A DNA stretch of 64,000 bases from contig OZ242010.1 in assembly GCA_965204745.1 (NCBI GenBank), positions 2,624,001-2,688,000 on the forward strand, given 5' to 3'. This document shows, piece after piece, positions 18,551-27,499 of this stretch. Position 1 is the first letter of the stretch; every line of letters starts with the position of its first letter. The notes below the pieces were generated by a model that worked only from the letters and a program-made list of their open reading frames with translations, ran no database searches and was not told where the DNA came from. Position numbers and translations under genes: made by a program. Origin of the DNA: Candidatus Latescibacterota bacterium (GTDB lineage Bacteria > Latescibacterota > UBA2968).

Positions 18551-20497
18551 ATGAACTCACCCGATCCCACACCGCAGAGTGAACCGGCGCGGCACATCAC
18601 CACGCGCGCCATTGTCGTCGGTTTGATCCTCACCGTCGCGATCTGCTGGTTTGCCACGGATACGACTTATCGGTTGCGCGCCTCTCGCGTCTCGTTGGGC
18701 CACATGCCCATGTCGCTGTGGCTGCCGTTTCTGCTCATCTTTTTTCTCAATCCGTTGCTGAAAAAAATTCGGCGCGATTGGATGCTTCGCCCCGGCGAGT
18801 TGGGGCTCATCCTGTGTATGGGCTTTATCGGCAGCGTGTTTCCGACGAAAAATGTCGCGGGGCGTCTCATCGCGGTGCTCGCCAGCCCGTATTACAAAGC
18901 CACGCCGGAAAACCGATGGGCGGAATTTACGCATGAACACCTTCAGGCATGGGCCGTGCCGAGCAATCAGGCGGGTGACATCGCGCATCTGTGGGAGGGC
19001 TTGCCCGCGCATCTGTCGATTCCGTGGCAGGTGTGGGCAGGGCCGCTCTTTTGGTGGTTCACGTTTTTCTTCGCGCTGTTCTTCGCGTGTTTTTGCATCG
19101 CGGTCATTTTACGCAAGCAATGGGTGGAATACGAACGCCTCGCGTTTCCCTTGGCGCAGTTGCCCACCTTGATGATTCAGGACACGGCGGCCGGGCGGAT
19201 CGGGTTCCTCAAAAACGGCTTGTTCTGGACCGGGTTCGGCATCGCCTCGTTCATTTTGACTTGGAATATCCTGCCCCTGTTCTGGCACAACCTGCCCTTT
19301 CTGCCCATTGGCCCCACCTATCGCACCACGATCTCATTTGGACACGATTTCCCGCCGCTTCAAATCAAGTTCAACTTTGTCATGGCGGCTTTTGGGTATC
19401 TCACCAACCTCGAAGTCCTGCTCTCCGTGTGGTTGTTCCATGTGTTGTCGCTGATTGAAATTGGGGTCTTGAACCGGTTTGGCGTCGCGGTGGGCAAGGA
19501 TTTTGGCAGCGGCTTGTTGCTCCAGCAAGTCGGCGGGTTCGCGGCGTTCGCGCTGTTTGGCCTCTTCATGGCGCGGCAACACATCGGGGCCGCGATCCGC
19601 GCTGCGTGGCGCGCCGACGCAGATGACGAGGCCGAACTCCTGTCTTACCGCACCGCGCTCATCGGCTTGGTCGTTGCCCTGATCTACGCGAGTGCGTGGA
19701 TGTACGCGCTGGGCATTTCGCCGCTGGGCATTGCCATGCAACTCGGCCTGTTGTTTATCTACTTCATTGGCTTGGCAAAAATCGTCGCGGAGACCGGGCT
19801 CGTGTACGTGGAGACCCCGTTGCGGACGCAGGAACTCGCCGCAGCCGCGCTCGGCACAAGGGTGCAAACCCCGGATCACGTGGGGATGGCGTTGGCGGCC
19901 AACAGCGTGGAAAGCCATCGGGAATACGCCCTGCCCTCGCTCGCACACACGGCCAAGGTCCACGATATCTTTCGATGGACGCGCAACCGCATGGTCGCGG
20001 CCCTCATCCTCGCGTTTGTGGTGGGCTTTGTCGTTTCGATTGGGTACACGCTCAAGTTGTGTTACGGCGCGACTGGCGCGGCCAATATCCGCCACGTTTT
20101 TGTTTTTGGCGGGTACAGCCAGCGCATGTTTGACCGCGTGGTCTCTTGGGCGTCCGAGCCGACGTTTTTTGGCGATATCGAATGGCGTTTTTTGGCCGCG
20201 GGCGCGCTCGGCACGTTGTTTTTGAGCCTGATGCGCCTGCGGTTTGCGTGGTGGCCCCTGCATCCGGTCGGGTTCACCGTGGGCTATGTCTATCCGGTTC
20301 GGGTCACGGCATTCACGGTCTTTCTCGTCTGGGCATTCAAGTCTATCGTGTTGCGCGTGGGCGGCATTCGCCTGTACCGCAATTTGCAACCCTTTTTCAC
20401 CGGGCTTTTAATCGGCTATACCCTGGGCGTCGGCCTATCTACGCTCATCGACCACCTCTACTTCCCCGGCAACGGCCACATGGTGCATTCGTGGTGA
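18551..20497 (+). CDS. Polytopic membrane protein (DUF6785/DUF6784-like putative transporter)
   Basis: 'YYKATPENRW', 'LRKQWVEYERLAFPLAQLP', 'WWPLHPVG', 'PFFTGLLIG'; many TM helices. Confidence 0.75.
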   Translation: MNSPDPTPQSEPARHITTRAIVVGLILTVAICWFATDTTYRLRASRVSLGHMPMSLWLPFLLIFFLNPLLKKIRRDWMLRPGELGLILCMGFIGSVFPTKNVAGRLIAVLASPYYKATPENRWAEFTHEHLQAWAVPSNQAGDIAHLWEGLPAHLSIPWQVWAGPLFWWFTFFFALFFACFCIAVILRKQWVEYERLAFPLAQLPTLMIQDTAAGRIGFLKNGLFWTGFGIASFILTWNILPLFWHNLPFLPIGPTYRTTISFGHDFPPLQIKFNFVMAAFGYLTNLEVLLSVWLFHVLSLIEIGVLNRFGVAVGKDFGSGLLLQQVGGFAAFALFGLFMARQHIGAAIRAAWRADADDEAELLSYRTALIGLVVALIYASAWMYALGISPLGIAMQLGLLFIYFIGLAKIVAETGLVYVETPLRTQELAAAALGTRVQTPDHVGMALAANSVESHREYALPSLAHTAKVHDIFRWTRNRMVAALILAFVVGFVVSIGYTLKLCYGATGAANIRHVFVFGGYSQRMFDRVVSWASEPTFFGDIEWRFLAAGALGTLFLSLMRLRFAWWPLHPVGFTVGYVYPVRVTAFTVFLVWAFKSIVLRVGGIRLYRNLQPFFTGLLIGYTLGVGLSTLIDHLYFPGNGHMVHSW

Positions 20498-20501
20498 CGC
20501 C

Positions 20502-21563
20502 TCATCGCTGCGAGAATTTCAGGCAGACGGGGAGGGGGACTTTTGCGGTGTGTCCCGTCTCCGTCAATTTTCCGGTTTGGTGGTCGATGGCGAAAGAGAC
20601 GATTGTGCCGCTGGCCTGATTCTCTGCGAGCAGGTGGTTGCCATCCGGGGACAGCGCGATGTTGCGCGGGGTTTGTCCACCGGTGGGATGGATATCGACC
20701 GGCGTTAGGGTGCCCGTGGGTTTGTCGATAGCGAAGATCGCCACGCTGTCGTGCCCGCGGTTCGATCCGTACACAAAGTCGGCGGTGACGTGAATATCCG
20801 CTGTGTGGCTGGTGCCCGAGAAGTCGTCGGGCAAGGTGGCGATAGATTGGCGCGGGGTTAAGGCGCCCGTGCTTGCGTCTCGGGCATAGACCGTGATGGT
20901 ATTGCCGATTTCGTTGATGAGATAGGCGTAGTGCCCGTCCGGGTGAAAGGCAAAGTGGCGCGGGCCTTGTCCGGGCGCGACTGAAACAGAGGGCGGATCG
21001 TTGGCGATGAGTTTGCCATTGGCGAGGTCGAGTTGGTAAATCAAGATTTTGTCCAACCCCAGGTCCGCGACATAGACATAGCGGTTATCGGGCGAGATAT
21101 TGGCAGAATGGGCGTGCGGGCCTTGTTGTCGTTGCGGGTTGACGCTGCTGCCCTCGTGCTGGACAAAATCCGATGCTTCGCCCAACGCGCCATTGTCGGC
21201 AATGGGCAACAGACAGGTGCTGCCGCCGCCGTAATTTGCGACCACGGCGTACCGGCCCGTGGCGTCGATGCTGACATGACACGGGCCGGTGCCTTTTGTG
21301 GATTGCTGGTTGATGAGGGTGAGGCCGTCCCCGCGGATGGCAAACGCGCTGATCGCGCCCGCTCGCTCGCCTTCGTATTCGCCCACTTCATTGACCGCAT
21401 AGAGAAAGCGACCACTCGGGTGAATGGCGAGGAAAGAAGGGTTTTCACTCTCGACGCTGCCCACCGGGGTCAGCGCGCCGGTGTCCGCGTCATAGCGGTG
21501 GATGTAGATGCCTTTGCTGCCCTCGCGGGTATAAGTGCCGATGTAAGCGGTGATGTCGCTCAT
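20502..21563 (-). CDS. pgl: 6-phosphogluconolactonase (lactonase beta-propeller)
   Basis: 'YIGTYT', 'NPSFL', 'ANYGGG', 'RQQGPHAH', 'DLGLD', 'GPRH', 'SNRGHDS'. Confidence 0.92.
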   Translation of the reverse strand: MSDITAYIGTYTREGSKGIYIHRYDADTGALTPVGSVESENPSFLAIHPSGRFLYAVNEVGEYEGERAGAISAFAIRGDGLTLINQQSTKGTGPCHVSIDATGRYAVVANYGGGSTCLLPIADNGALGEASDFVQHEGSSVNPQRQQGPHAHSANISPDNRYVYVADLGLDKILIYQLDLANGKLIANDPPSVSVAPGQGPRHFAFHPDGHYAYLINEIGNTITVYARDASTGALTPRQSIATLPDDFSGTSHTADIHVTADFVYGSNRGHDSVAIFAIDKPTGTLTPVDIHPTGGQTPRNIALSPDGNHLLAENQASGTIVSFAIDHQTGKLTETGHTAKVPLPVCLKFSQR

Positions 21564-21583
21564 GGGAATCTCCTTGTTGTGTT

Positions 21584-22681
21584 TTACGACTGGCTCAAAA
21601 TTGTCACGACCATATCCCCAAAATCGCTGGTGGAGAGCACGTTTTTGGGATCGGTGGTTTCGCCGGCGAGTTCGGAAGTGGCGTATCCCCGTTCGAGAAT
21701 TTCAAACATCGCGTTCCACAAGGCGTTGGATTCCGCTTTCATGCCCAGGCATTTGTCGAGGAGAAATGCAATGCTGCCGATCATGGAATAGGGATTGGCG
21801 ATGTTTTGACCGGCAATGTCGGGCGCCGAACCATGCGCGGGTTCGACGTAGCCTTTCTCCGGGCCGATACACGCCGAAGGCATCAGGCCCAAAGACCCGA
21901 GCAGGCCGCCCGCCTGATCCGTGAGAATGTCGCCCTGCATGTTTTCGAGGAGCATGACGCCGTTGAATTGCGTGGGATTTTTGACGAGTTGAAAAGCCGC
22001 GTTATCCACGAGGATGGGGACGCATTCGACATCGTCGTATTCCCTTGCCATGTCCTCGATGATGGCGTTCCAAAACCGCGAGGTCGCCAGCACATTGGCT
22101 TTGTGAACGTGGGTCAAGGTGGCGCCCAAACGGCGGGCTTCGTCAAATGCGATTTTGCCAATGGCACGCACCTGTTTTTCGGTGTAGATGCAGTCGTCGC
22201 GCGCGTATTTCATGCCGGTGCCCGCGCCTTCTTCTTTGTCGCCAAAATAAATGCCGCCCACGAGTTCCCGAATCATGAGAATGTCGATGCCGTCTTTGAT
22301 GACGCTGTCGCGCAAGGGCGAGAACGAGGCGAGGGATTTGGGCAATCGGATCGGGCGGTAGTTGGCATAGGTGTTGAATCGCTTTCGCAACGGCAGGATC
22401 GCGCCGAGTTCTGGGCTTGACGCGGCCGGGATTTTGCCCATTTCTTCGAGCGAAAGCCCCACTGGCCCTTTGACGATGGCGTCTGCCCGGTCGCAGATGG
22501 CTTTTGTTTGCTCGGGAAACGGACTGCCTTCATCAAAATACGCCCGTGCGCCAAAGGGCGCGTATTCGATCACAAATTCGTGGTCGAATTTTTTTTCTAT
22601 GGTGCGAAGGGCTTTGATGCCCTCGCGCATGATTTCAGGGCCAATGCCGTCGCCTTCGAGCACGGCGAGGGTTTTTTTCAT
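21584..22681 (-). CDS. leuB: 3-isopropylmalate dehydrogenase
   Basis: 'GDGIGPEI', 'RELVGGIYFG', 'KANVL', 'EPAHGSAPDIAGQNIANP'. Confidence 0.92.
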   Translation of the reverse strand: MKKTLAVLEGDGIGPEIMREGIKALRTIEKKFDHEFVIEYAPFGARAYFDEGSPFPEQTKAICDRADAIVKGPVGLSLEEMGKIPAASSPELGAILPLRKRFNTYANYRPIRLPKSLASFSPLRDSVIKDGIDILMIRELVGGIYFGDKEEGAGTGMKYARDDCIYTEKQVRAIGKIAFDEARRLGATLTHVHKANVLATSRFWNAIIEDMAREYDDVECVPILVDNAAFQLVKNPTQFNGVMLLENMQGDILTDQAGGLLGSLGLMPSACIGPEKGYVEPAHGSAPDIAGQNIANPYSMIGSIAFLLDKCLGMKAESNALWNAMFEILERGYATSELAGETTDPKNVLSTSDFGDMVVTILSQS

Positions 22682-22715
22682 GGAAAGCCCTTTCTGGAAA
22701 AGTGGTTGGTGGGGC

Positions 22716-23468
22716 CTATCCTCCGGCCCCGTTAGGGGGCATGAGTTCGGACGCGGCTTCTCTATCCAAGATAAATGTACAATCGGGATGCGTCTGTAAA
22801 AAACTCGCAGGACAGGCCGGCTGTGGGAGGGCCTGAACCGCACGGGCAATGGCTCGGGCTTTGCGCTGACCCGTTGCCAAAAGGAGAATGCGTTTGGCGT
22901 CGCAAATGGTGGCTATACCCACGGTAAGGGCCTGTTTGGGCACGTCATCGGGCTGCGCGAAAAAGCGGCTGTTGGTTGCCCGCGTGTCTTCTGTAAGATC
23001 GACCAGACGGGTGCGCGAATCGGGCGGACTGCCGGGTTCGTTAAACGCGATGTGACCGTTGCGCCCCATGCCGAGCAACCACAGGTCAATGCCCCCGCAC
23101 GCACGGATTTTGGCTTCAAAAGCGCGGCACTCGCATTCGGGATCGGCGGCGATGCCATTGGGAATATGCGTGTTCCAAAGCCGAATATCTACATGGGCAA
23201 AGAACCGCTGGTTCATAAAATGGCGGTAGCTCTGGCAATGATCGCCATCTAACCCGCGGTACTCGTCGAGATTGAAGGTGGTCAGGCGCGCAAAGCTCAG
23301 GCCCTCTCGGTTGGCGCGAATGAGTTCGGAATAGGTTTTCACCGGGGTCGCGCCGCTCGCCAGACCGAGCACGGCATCGGGCTTTCGGCGGATGAGTTCG
23401 GCGATTTCCAATGCCGCGGTTCGCGCCACTTTGTCGGGCGTATCGCAGATGTGGAGTTGGATGGGCAT
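22716..23468 (-). CDS. nagB: Glucosamine-6-phosphate deaminase
   Basis: 'LGLASGATP', 'TFNLDEY', 'GGIDL.LLGMGRNGHIAFNEPGS'. Confidence 0.92.
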   Translation of the reverse strand: MPIQLHICDTPDKVARTAALEIAELIRRKPDAVLGLASGATPVKTYSELIRANREGLSFARLTTFNLDEYRGLDGDHCQSYRHFMNQRFFAHVDIRLWNTHIPNGIAADPECECRAFEAKIRACGGIDLWLLGMGRNGHIAFNEPGSPPDSRTRLVDLTEDTRATNSRFFAQPDDVPKQALTVGIATICDAKRILLLATGQRKARAIARAVQALPQPACPASFLQTHPDCTFILDREAASELMPPNGAGG

Positions 23469-23990
23469 AAGGAAGCGGGCAGTGGTAAAAGGTGAGACGG
23501 AAGACGGGAGAGGTAAGACGGGAGACGCAAGAGGGGAGAGGCAAGAAATAAGTGCCAAGTGGTCAGTGGTCAGTGGTCAGTAGTCAGTCCCCGCCCATCG
23601 CCGCCCAAAGGCGGTTCGCAGATCAGGCAGAGGGCGCAGATGTAGGGGCGATGCTCCCGTGTTCGCCCAAAGATACAAGAGGGGAGATAGCCCTGCCACC
23701 GCACCGCCCAAGTGGTCAGTGGTCAGTTACCTCGCACCGCCCCCAAGCGATAGCTGTACTGATTGCTGACCGCGAACGACCAACCGCTTGGGGCCGGGGG
23801 TTGGGCGGACTGACAACGGACAACCGACAACTGATACCATAAAAACTTGCATTGTATTGTCGTCCATTTTCGAGAACAAACTTGCTTGATCGCATTTTAA
23901 GGCTAGATGGTCCGATCACTGACCATCAGACACACAACAGGCTCCGTCCTGAGATAGGGGCGGAGCCTGTGCATTGCGGATCGATAGGCA

Positions 23991-24977
23991 TTAGAATTGA
24001 TAGGAATAATACAAGGCAATGCCCTGTTCTTTTGCATAAGCTGCAACGCCTTCCGATGAAATCATATGCGTCACGAGGATGGGCAAGACCTCTCCAAATA
24101 GTGGTTTTAAGTGGTCCAGCCTGGTGAAAATAAAGCGATTGATATGCCTTTCGGACAACTGGCTTTTGCTTTCCCCGAGAATGACCACTTCTCGCCCATT
24201 TTTCAGCCCTTTGCCAAAGATGTTCACCTCGAGAGAACGGTTTTTGTCGTCCGTGAGGTAGGTGCGAATCAGTCTATCCTGAACCTCAATTCCATAATCG
24301 GCCTTAAGGAGATCGGGCAACGCACGATAGGCCGCATTTTCGAGGGTATAACCCACTGTCATAGCGAGTCCGCCGAGTTGCGAGCGGGTTTTACCGTGTT
24401 CTTTGACCAAGGTGTCGAGCCTTTCTGTCAAGGTGTCGAGTCGTTCTTCAGAACGCGCTTGGGCCGCCTCCACGCGGTCAAGCCGCTTTTCAGAACGGAT
24501 TTGGGCCTCGGTGAGTTTTTCAATGGCCGCTTCAATGCGGTCAAGTCGTTCTTCAGAACGCGCTTGGGCCGCTTCAATGCGGTCGAGTCGTTCTTCGGAA
24601 CGCGCTTGGGCCTCGGCGAGTTTTTCGATAGCCGCCTCAATGCGGTCGAGTCGTTCTTCAGAACGCGCTTGGGCCTCGGTGAGTTTCTCGATAGCCGCCT
24701 CAATGCGATCCAGCCGTTCTTCCACGCGATCCAGTCGTTTTTCAGAACGCACTTGGGCCGCCGTGAGTTTTTCGATAGCCATCTCCACGCGGTCAAGGCG
24801 TTTTTCGGAACGCGCTTGGGCAATGGCGAGGTCTTTGACAGCATCCTTGAGATCTCGCATATCGACTGAGGTCGCTAAGCCGACGTATCCTTCGCGCAAT
24901 ACCTCGGTGAGGGTTTGGATTTGATCTTCGGTAAATGTATCTCCGAGTTTGCGTTTGATGTCATTTGCATCGAACAT
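23991..24977 (-). CDS. Heptad-repeat coiled-coil protein with a C-terminal PD-(D/E)XK-like domain
   Basis: Repeated 'EAQARSEERLDRIEAAIEKL' units (21/63-bp DNA repeats); C-terminus 'LEVNIFG...VILGESKSQL'. Confidence 0.75.
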   Translation of the reverse strand: MFDANDIKRKLGDTFTEDQIQTLTEVLREGYVGLATSVDMRDLKDAVKDLAIAQARSEKRLDRVEMAIEKLTAAQVRSEKRLDRVEERLDRIEAAIEKLTEAQARSEERLDRIEAAIEKLAEAQARSEERLDRIEAAQARSEERLDRIEAAIEKLTEAQIRSEKRLDRVEAAQARSEERLDTLTERLDTLVKEHGKTRSQLGGLAMTVGYTLENAAYRALPDLLKADYGIEVQDRLIRTYLTDDKNRSLEVNIFGKGLKNGREVVILGESKSQLSERHINRFIFTRLDHLKPLFGEVLPILVTHMISSEGVAAYAKEQGIALYYSYQF

Positions 24978-25145
24978 TGCGTTTTCTCCTTTCGATACTG
25001 GTGGTTTGTTGGCGCGAAAAATATACTCAGATTTGACGTTTTTGACAAGGCGCGTTTTATCTTTTTTTTGAAAAACACAACCGTGGGGTCTCCTTGGAAA
25101 TGACGGGTTGCCCGTTGGGGCAATGGCGGTCGGATAGATTTAAGC

Positions 25146-25182
25146 AAAATACCGCAACAGATCTGCTGCGGTATTTTTTTTT
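25146..25182. terminator. Hairpin terminator after the HU gene
   Basis: AAAATACCGCA.CAG-AT-CTG.TGCGGTATTTT. Confidence 0.7.
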
Positions 25183-25193
25183 GAGGGGGCTCG

Positions 25194-25499
25194 TCATTCG
25201 AGGTCTGCGAGGGGTGTTGAGAGGGCGTCTCGGAGGATTTTGCCGGGTTTGAAGCCCACTTTGCGGCGGGCGGGTACAAAAACTTCGTCACCTGTTCGGG
25301 GATTGCGCGCACGCGGGCGAGCATTGGTGCGTTTGACATCCCAACTGCCAAAGCCTCGAATTTCGATGCGTTCGCCTTCCATAATGGCGTCTGCGAGCGT
25401 TTCAAAGAGTATGTCCACGGCTTGTTTGGCCGTCGTGGTCTGACAATTCATTTCATCTGCAAGTAGTTTCGTCAAGTCCGCTTTGGTGATGGTTTGCAC
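25194..25499 (-). CDS. HU/IHF family DNA-binding protein
   Basis: 'TKADL', 'GERIEIRGFGSW', 'ARNPRTG', 'FKPGK'. Confidence 0.92.
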   Translation of the reverse strand: MQTITKADLTKLLADEMNCQTTTAKQAVDILFETLADAIMEGERIEIRGFGSWDVKRTNARPRARNPRTGDEVFVPARRKVGFKPGKILRDALSTPLADLE

Positions 25500-25576
25500 G
25501 GACAACCCCTTCCACATAACGCGAGAGCAAAAAATAACGGCGACCTCGTTGCGGATCACCGATGATTTGGAATGGT

Positions 25577-25653
25577 TGGTGGGCGCACAGGGACTCGAAC
25601 CCCGGACCAACGGATTATGAGTCCGTTGCTCTAACCAACTGAGCTATGCGCCC
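25577..25653 (-). tRNA. tRNA with CAT anticodon, most likely tRNA-Ile2 (lysidine type)
   Basis: GGGCGCATAGCTCAGTTGGTTAGAGCA-ACGGA-CTCATAA-TCCGT-TGGTC-CGGGGTTCGAGTCCCTG-TGCGCCC-A-CCA folds as a cloverleaf; G1-C72 is paired, so it is not an initiator tRNA. Confidence 0.93.
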
Positions 25654-25716
25654 AAGTCAATTCACACGGGCAAAGATAAAGAACAAAGGCCATCGGTGCA
25701 ACCGAAAATTGTGTAC

Positions 25717-27498
25717 TTATTCCGGTTCGGCCATCGCCTTGCGCCGGGCCGTGAGTTGGCGGTGTTTTTCCAGTGTGGCGCGCAGGTCGTCCGGAGAGAG
25801 GGGGCGGCGCAACTGGGTTTTGAGCTGTTCGAGTTCGCGGTCGAGTTTTTTGCGTTGAAACGCGTGGATGTAATCCCCGATGGGAATGACGTCCGGAGTT
25901 GCCATGCCGAGTTCCAAGGCCAACTCGGTCAAAATGCGCCCGAGGCGATCATCCCCACATTGGTCGATGAGGTGCGCGGCGCCCGTGCTGTGTTTTTGTC
26001 GGCGGTTGTGGGCGATCATCTGTGCGATGTGCCTGTACGCGCTGTTCGTAAAATCCTCGGGTGAAATTTCTCGGAACACGGCATCGGCGGTTTCGGGATG
26101 TTGCATCATCAGGGTGAGCAATTCGCGCTCGTAGCGCGGACGGGCGTCAAATTCGGGGGCGGGCTGGTCGTTTTGCGGACGCGATGCCCGGTTCTGCGAC
26201 GGGGCGCTACGTTGGGTTTGCGCGATGTGGATGAGGGCGTCTTCACCCAAGCCGAGTTTTTCCGCGATGTCTTTGATGAGAAATGATTTGCGCGCATCGT
26301 CTTTGAGGCGGGCGATGAGGGCCGCGAAGGCGTGTGCGGCGCGGGTTTTGCCATCGATGGTCGAGAGGTCGTCTTGCGCGGCGAATTGTCGCATGAGAAA
26401 ATCCACTGCGGGCGCGGCGCGTTCTGCGAGTTTGAGAAACCCCTCTGCGCCGTGGGCGCGCACATAGCTGTCCGGGTCGTGGCCTTCGGGCAAGGTGACG
26501 ACGCGGACCTCGAGGCCGACTTCAAAGAGCGAGCCGATGCCGCGCATGGCCGCGGTCGCGCCGGCCGCGTCTCCGTCAAATACGAGAACGGTTTTGGGCG
26601 CGTATCGCCGCAACAGGCGTGCGTGGTCCGGCGTGAGTGCGGTGCCGGATGATGCGACTGCGTTTTCAATGCCGTGTTGCGCGAGGGCGATGAGGTCCAT
26701 ATACCCTTCGACGACGAGCGCGACACCCGCGTTGCGAATGGCGTCTCGGTCGCGCCACAGGCCGTACAGGGTCGCGCTTTTGTTGTACACGGGCGTTTCC
26801 GGCGAGTTGATGTATTTGGCCCGATCGTCCGGATCCAGGGCGCGCGCGCCAAACGCGACGGGACGCCCGGTGGCCGCGTGGATGGGAAAGGCGATGCGAT
26901 TGCGAAACCGGTCGTAAAATCCGCCTTTTGGGTTGGGCGCGACCAAGCCCGCGCGCTCGAGGAGTTGCGGGGAGAACCCCCTGCGCGTGGCAACTTGCAA
27001 AAAGCCATCCCACCTATCGAGGGCGTACCCGAGTGCAAACGAGTCGATGATGCCGCGGGTGATGCCGCGGTCTGTGAGGTAAGCCATCGCGCCCGACGCG
27101 CGTTTGTCCTGCGTGAGCATGTGGTGGAAGTATTTGACCGCGAGTTCATTGGCGCGATAGAGTTGGTCGAAAACCCGTTGCTGTTCGGGGTCATCTGGGC
27201 GCGCATCGGGTAGGGCAATGCCGGCGCGATCCGCGACTTGGCGCACCGCTTCGATAAAGCTGATGGTTTCGATATCGCGCAAAAACGTAAAGACATTCCC
27301 ACCCGCGCCGCACGCAAAGCACTTGTAGATCTGCTTGTCTTGCGACACGGAGAAGGATGGCGTGGAATCGTCGTGGAAGGGACACAGCCCGACGAAGTTT
27401 TTGCCCCGCTGGGTCAGCGCGACGTGGTGGCCCACGACCTCGACGATATCGACCGCCAAGCGCACTTGATCGATGACGGTTTCTGGAATGCGCGGCAT
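25717..27498 (-). CDS. dnaG: DNA primase
   Basis: 'CPFH...CFACG' zinc ribbon, 'YDRFRNRI.FPI', 'KYINSPET', 'VEGYMD', 'FDGDAAG', 'DPD'. Confidence 0.97.
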   Translation of the reverse strand: MPRIPETVIDQVRLAVDIVEVVGHHVALTQRGKNFVGLCPFHDDSTPSFSVSQDKQIYKCFACGAGGNVFTFLRDIETISFIEAVRQVADRAGIALPDARPDDPEQQRVFDQLYRANELAVKYFHHMLTQDKRASGAMAYLTDRGITRGIIDSFALGYALDRWDGFLQVATRRGFSPQLLERAGLVAPNPKGGFYDRFRNRIAFPIHAATGRPVAFGARALDPDDRAKYINSPETPVYNKSATLYGLWRDRDAIRNAGVALVVEGYMDLIALAQHGIENAVASSGTALTPDHARLLRRYAPKTVLVFDGDAAGATAAMRGIGSLFEVGLEVRVVTLPEGHDPDSYVRAHGAEGFLKLAERAAPAVDFLMRQFAAQDDLSTIDGKTRAAHAFAALIARLKDDARKSFLIKDIAEKLGLGEDALIHIAQTQRSAPSQNRASRPQNDQPAPEFDARPRYERELLTLMMQHPETADAVFREISPEDFTNSAYRHIAQMIAHNRRQKHSTGAAHLIDQCGDDRLGRILTELALELGMATPDVIPIGDYIHAFQRKKLDRELEQLKTQLRRPLSPDDLRATLEKHRQLTARRKAMAEPE

Positions 27499-27499
27499 G

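Noticed and set aside
25577-25653. tRNA as an integration site for an island
   Set aside because: I found no duplicate of the tRNA 3' end and no integrase in the window.
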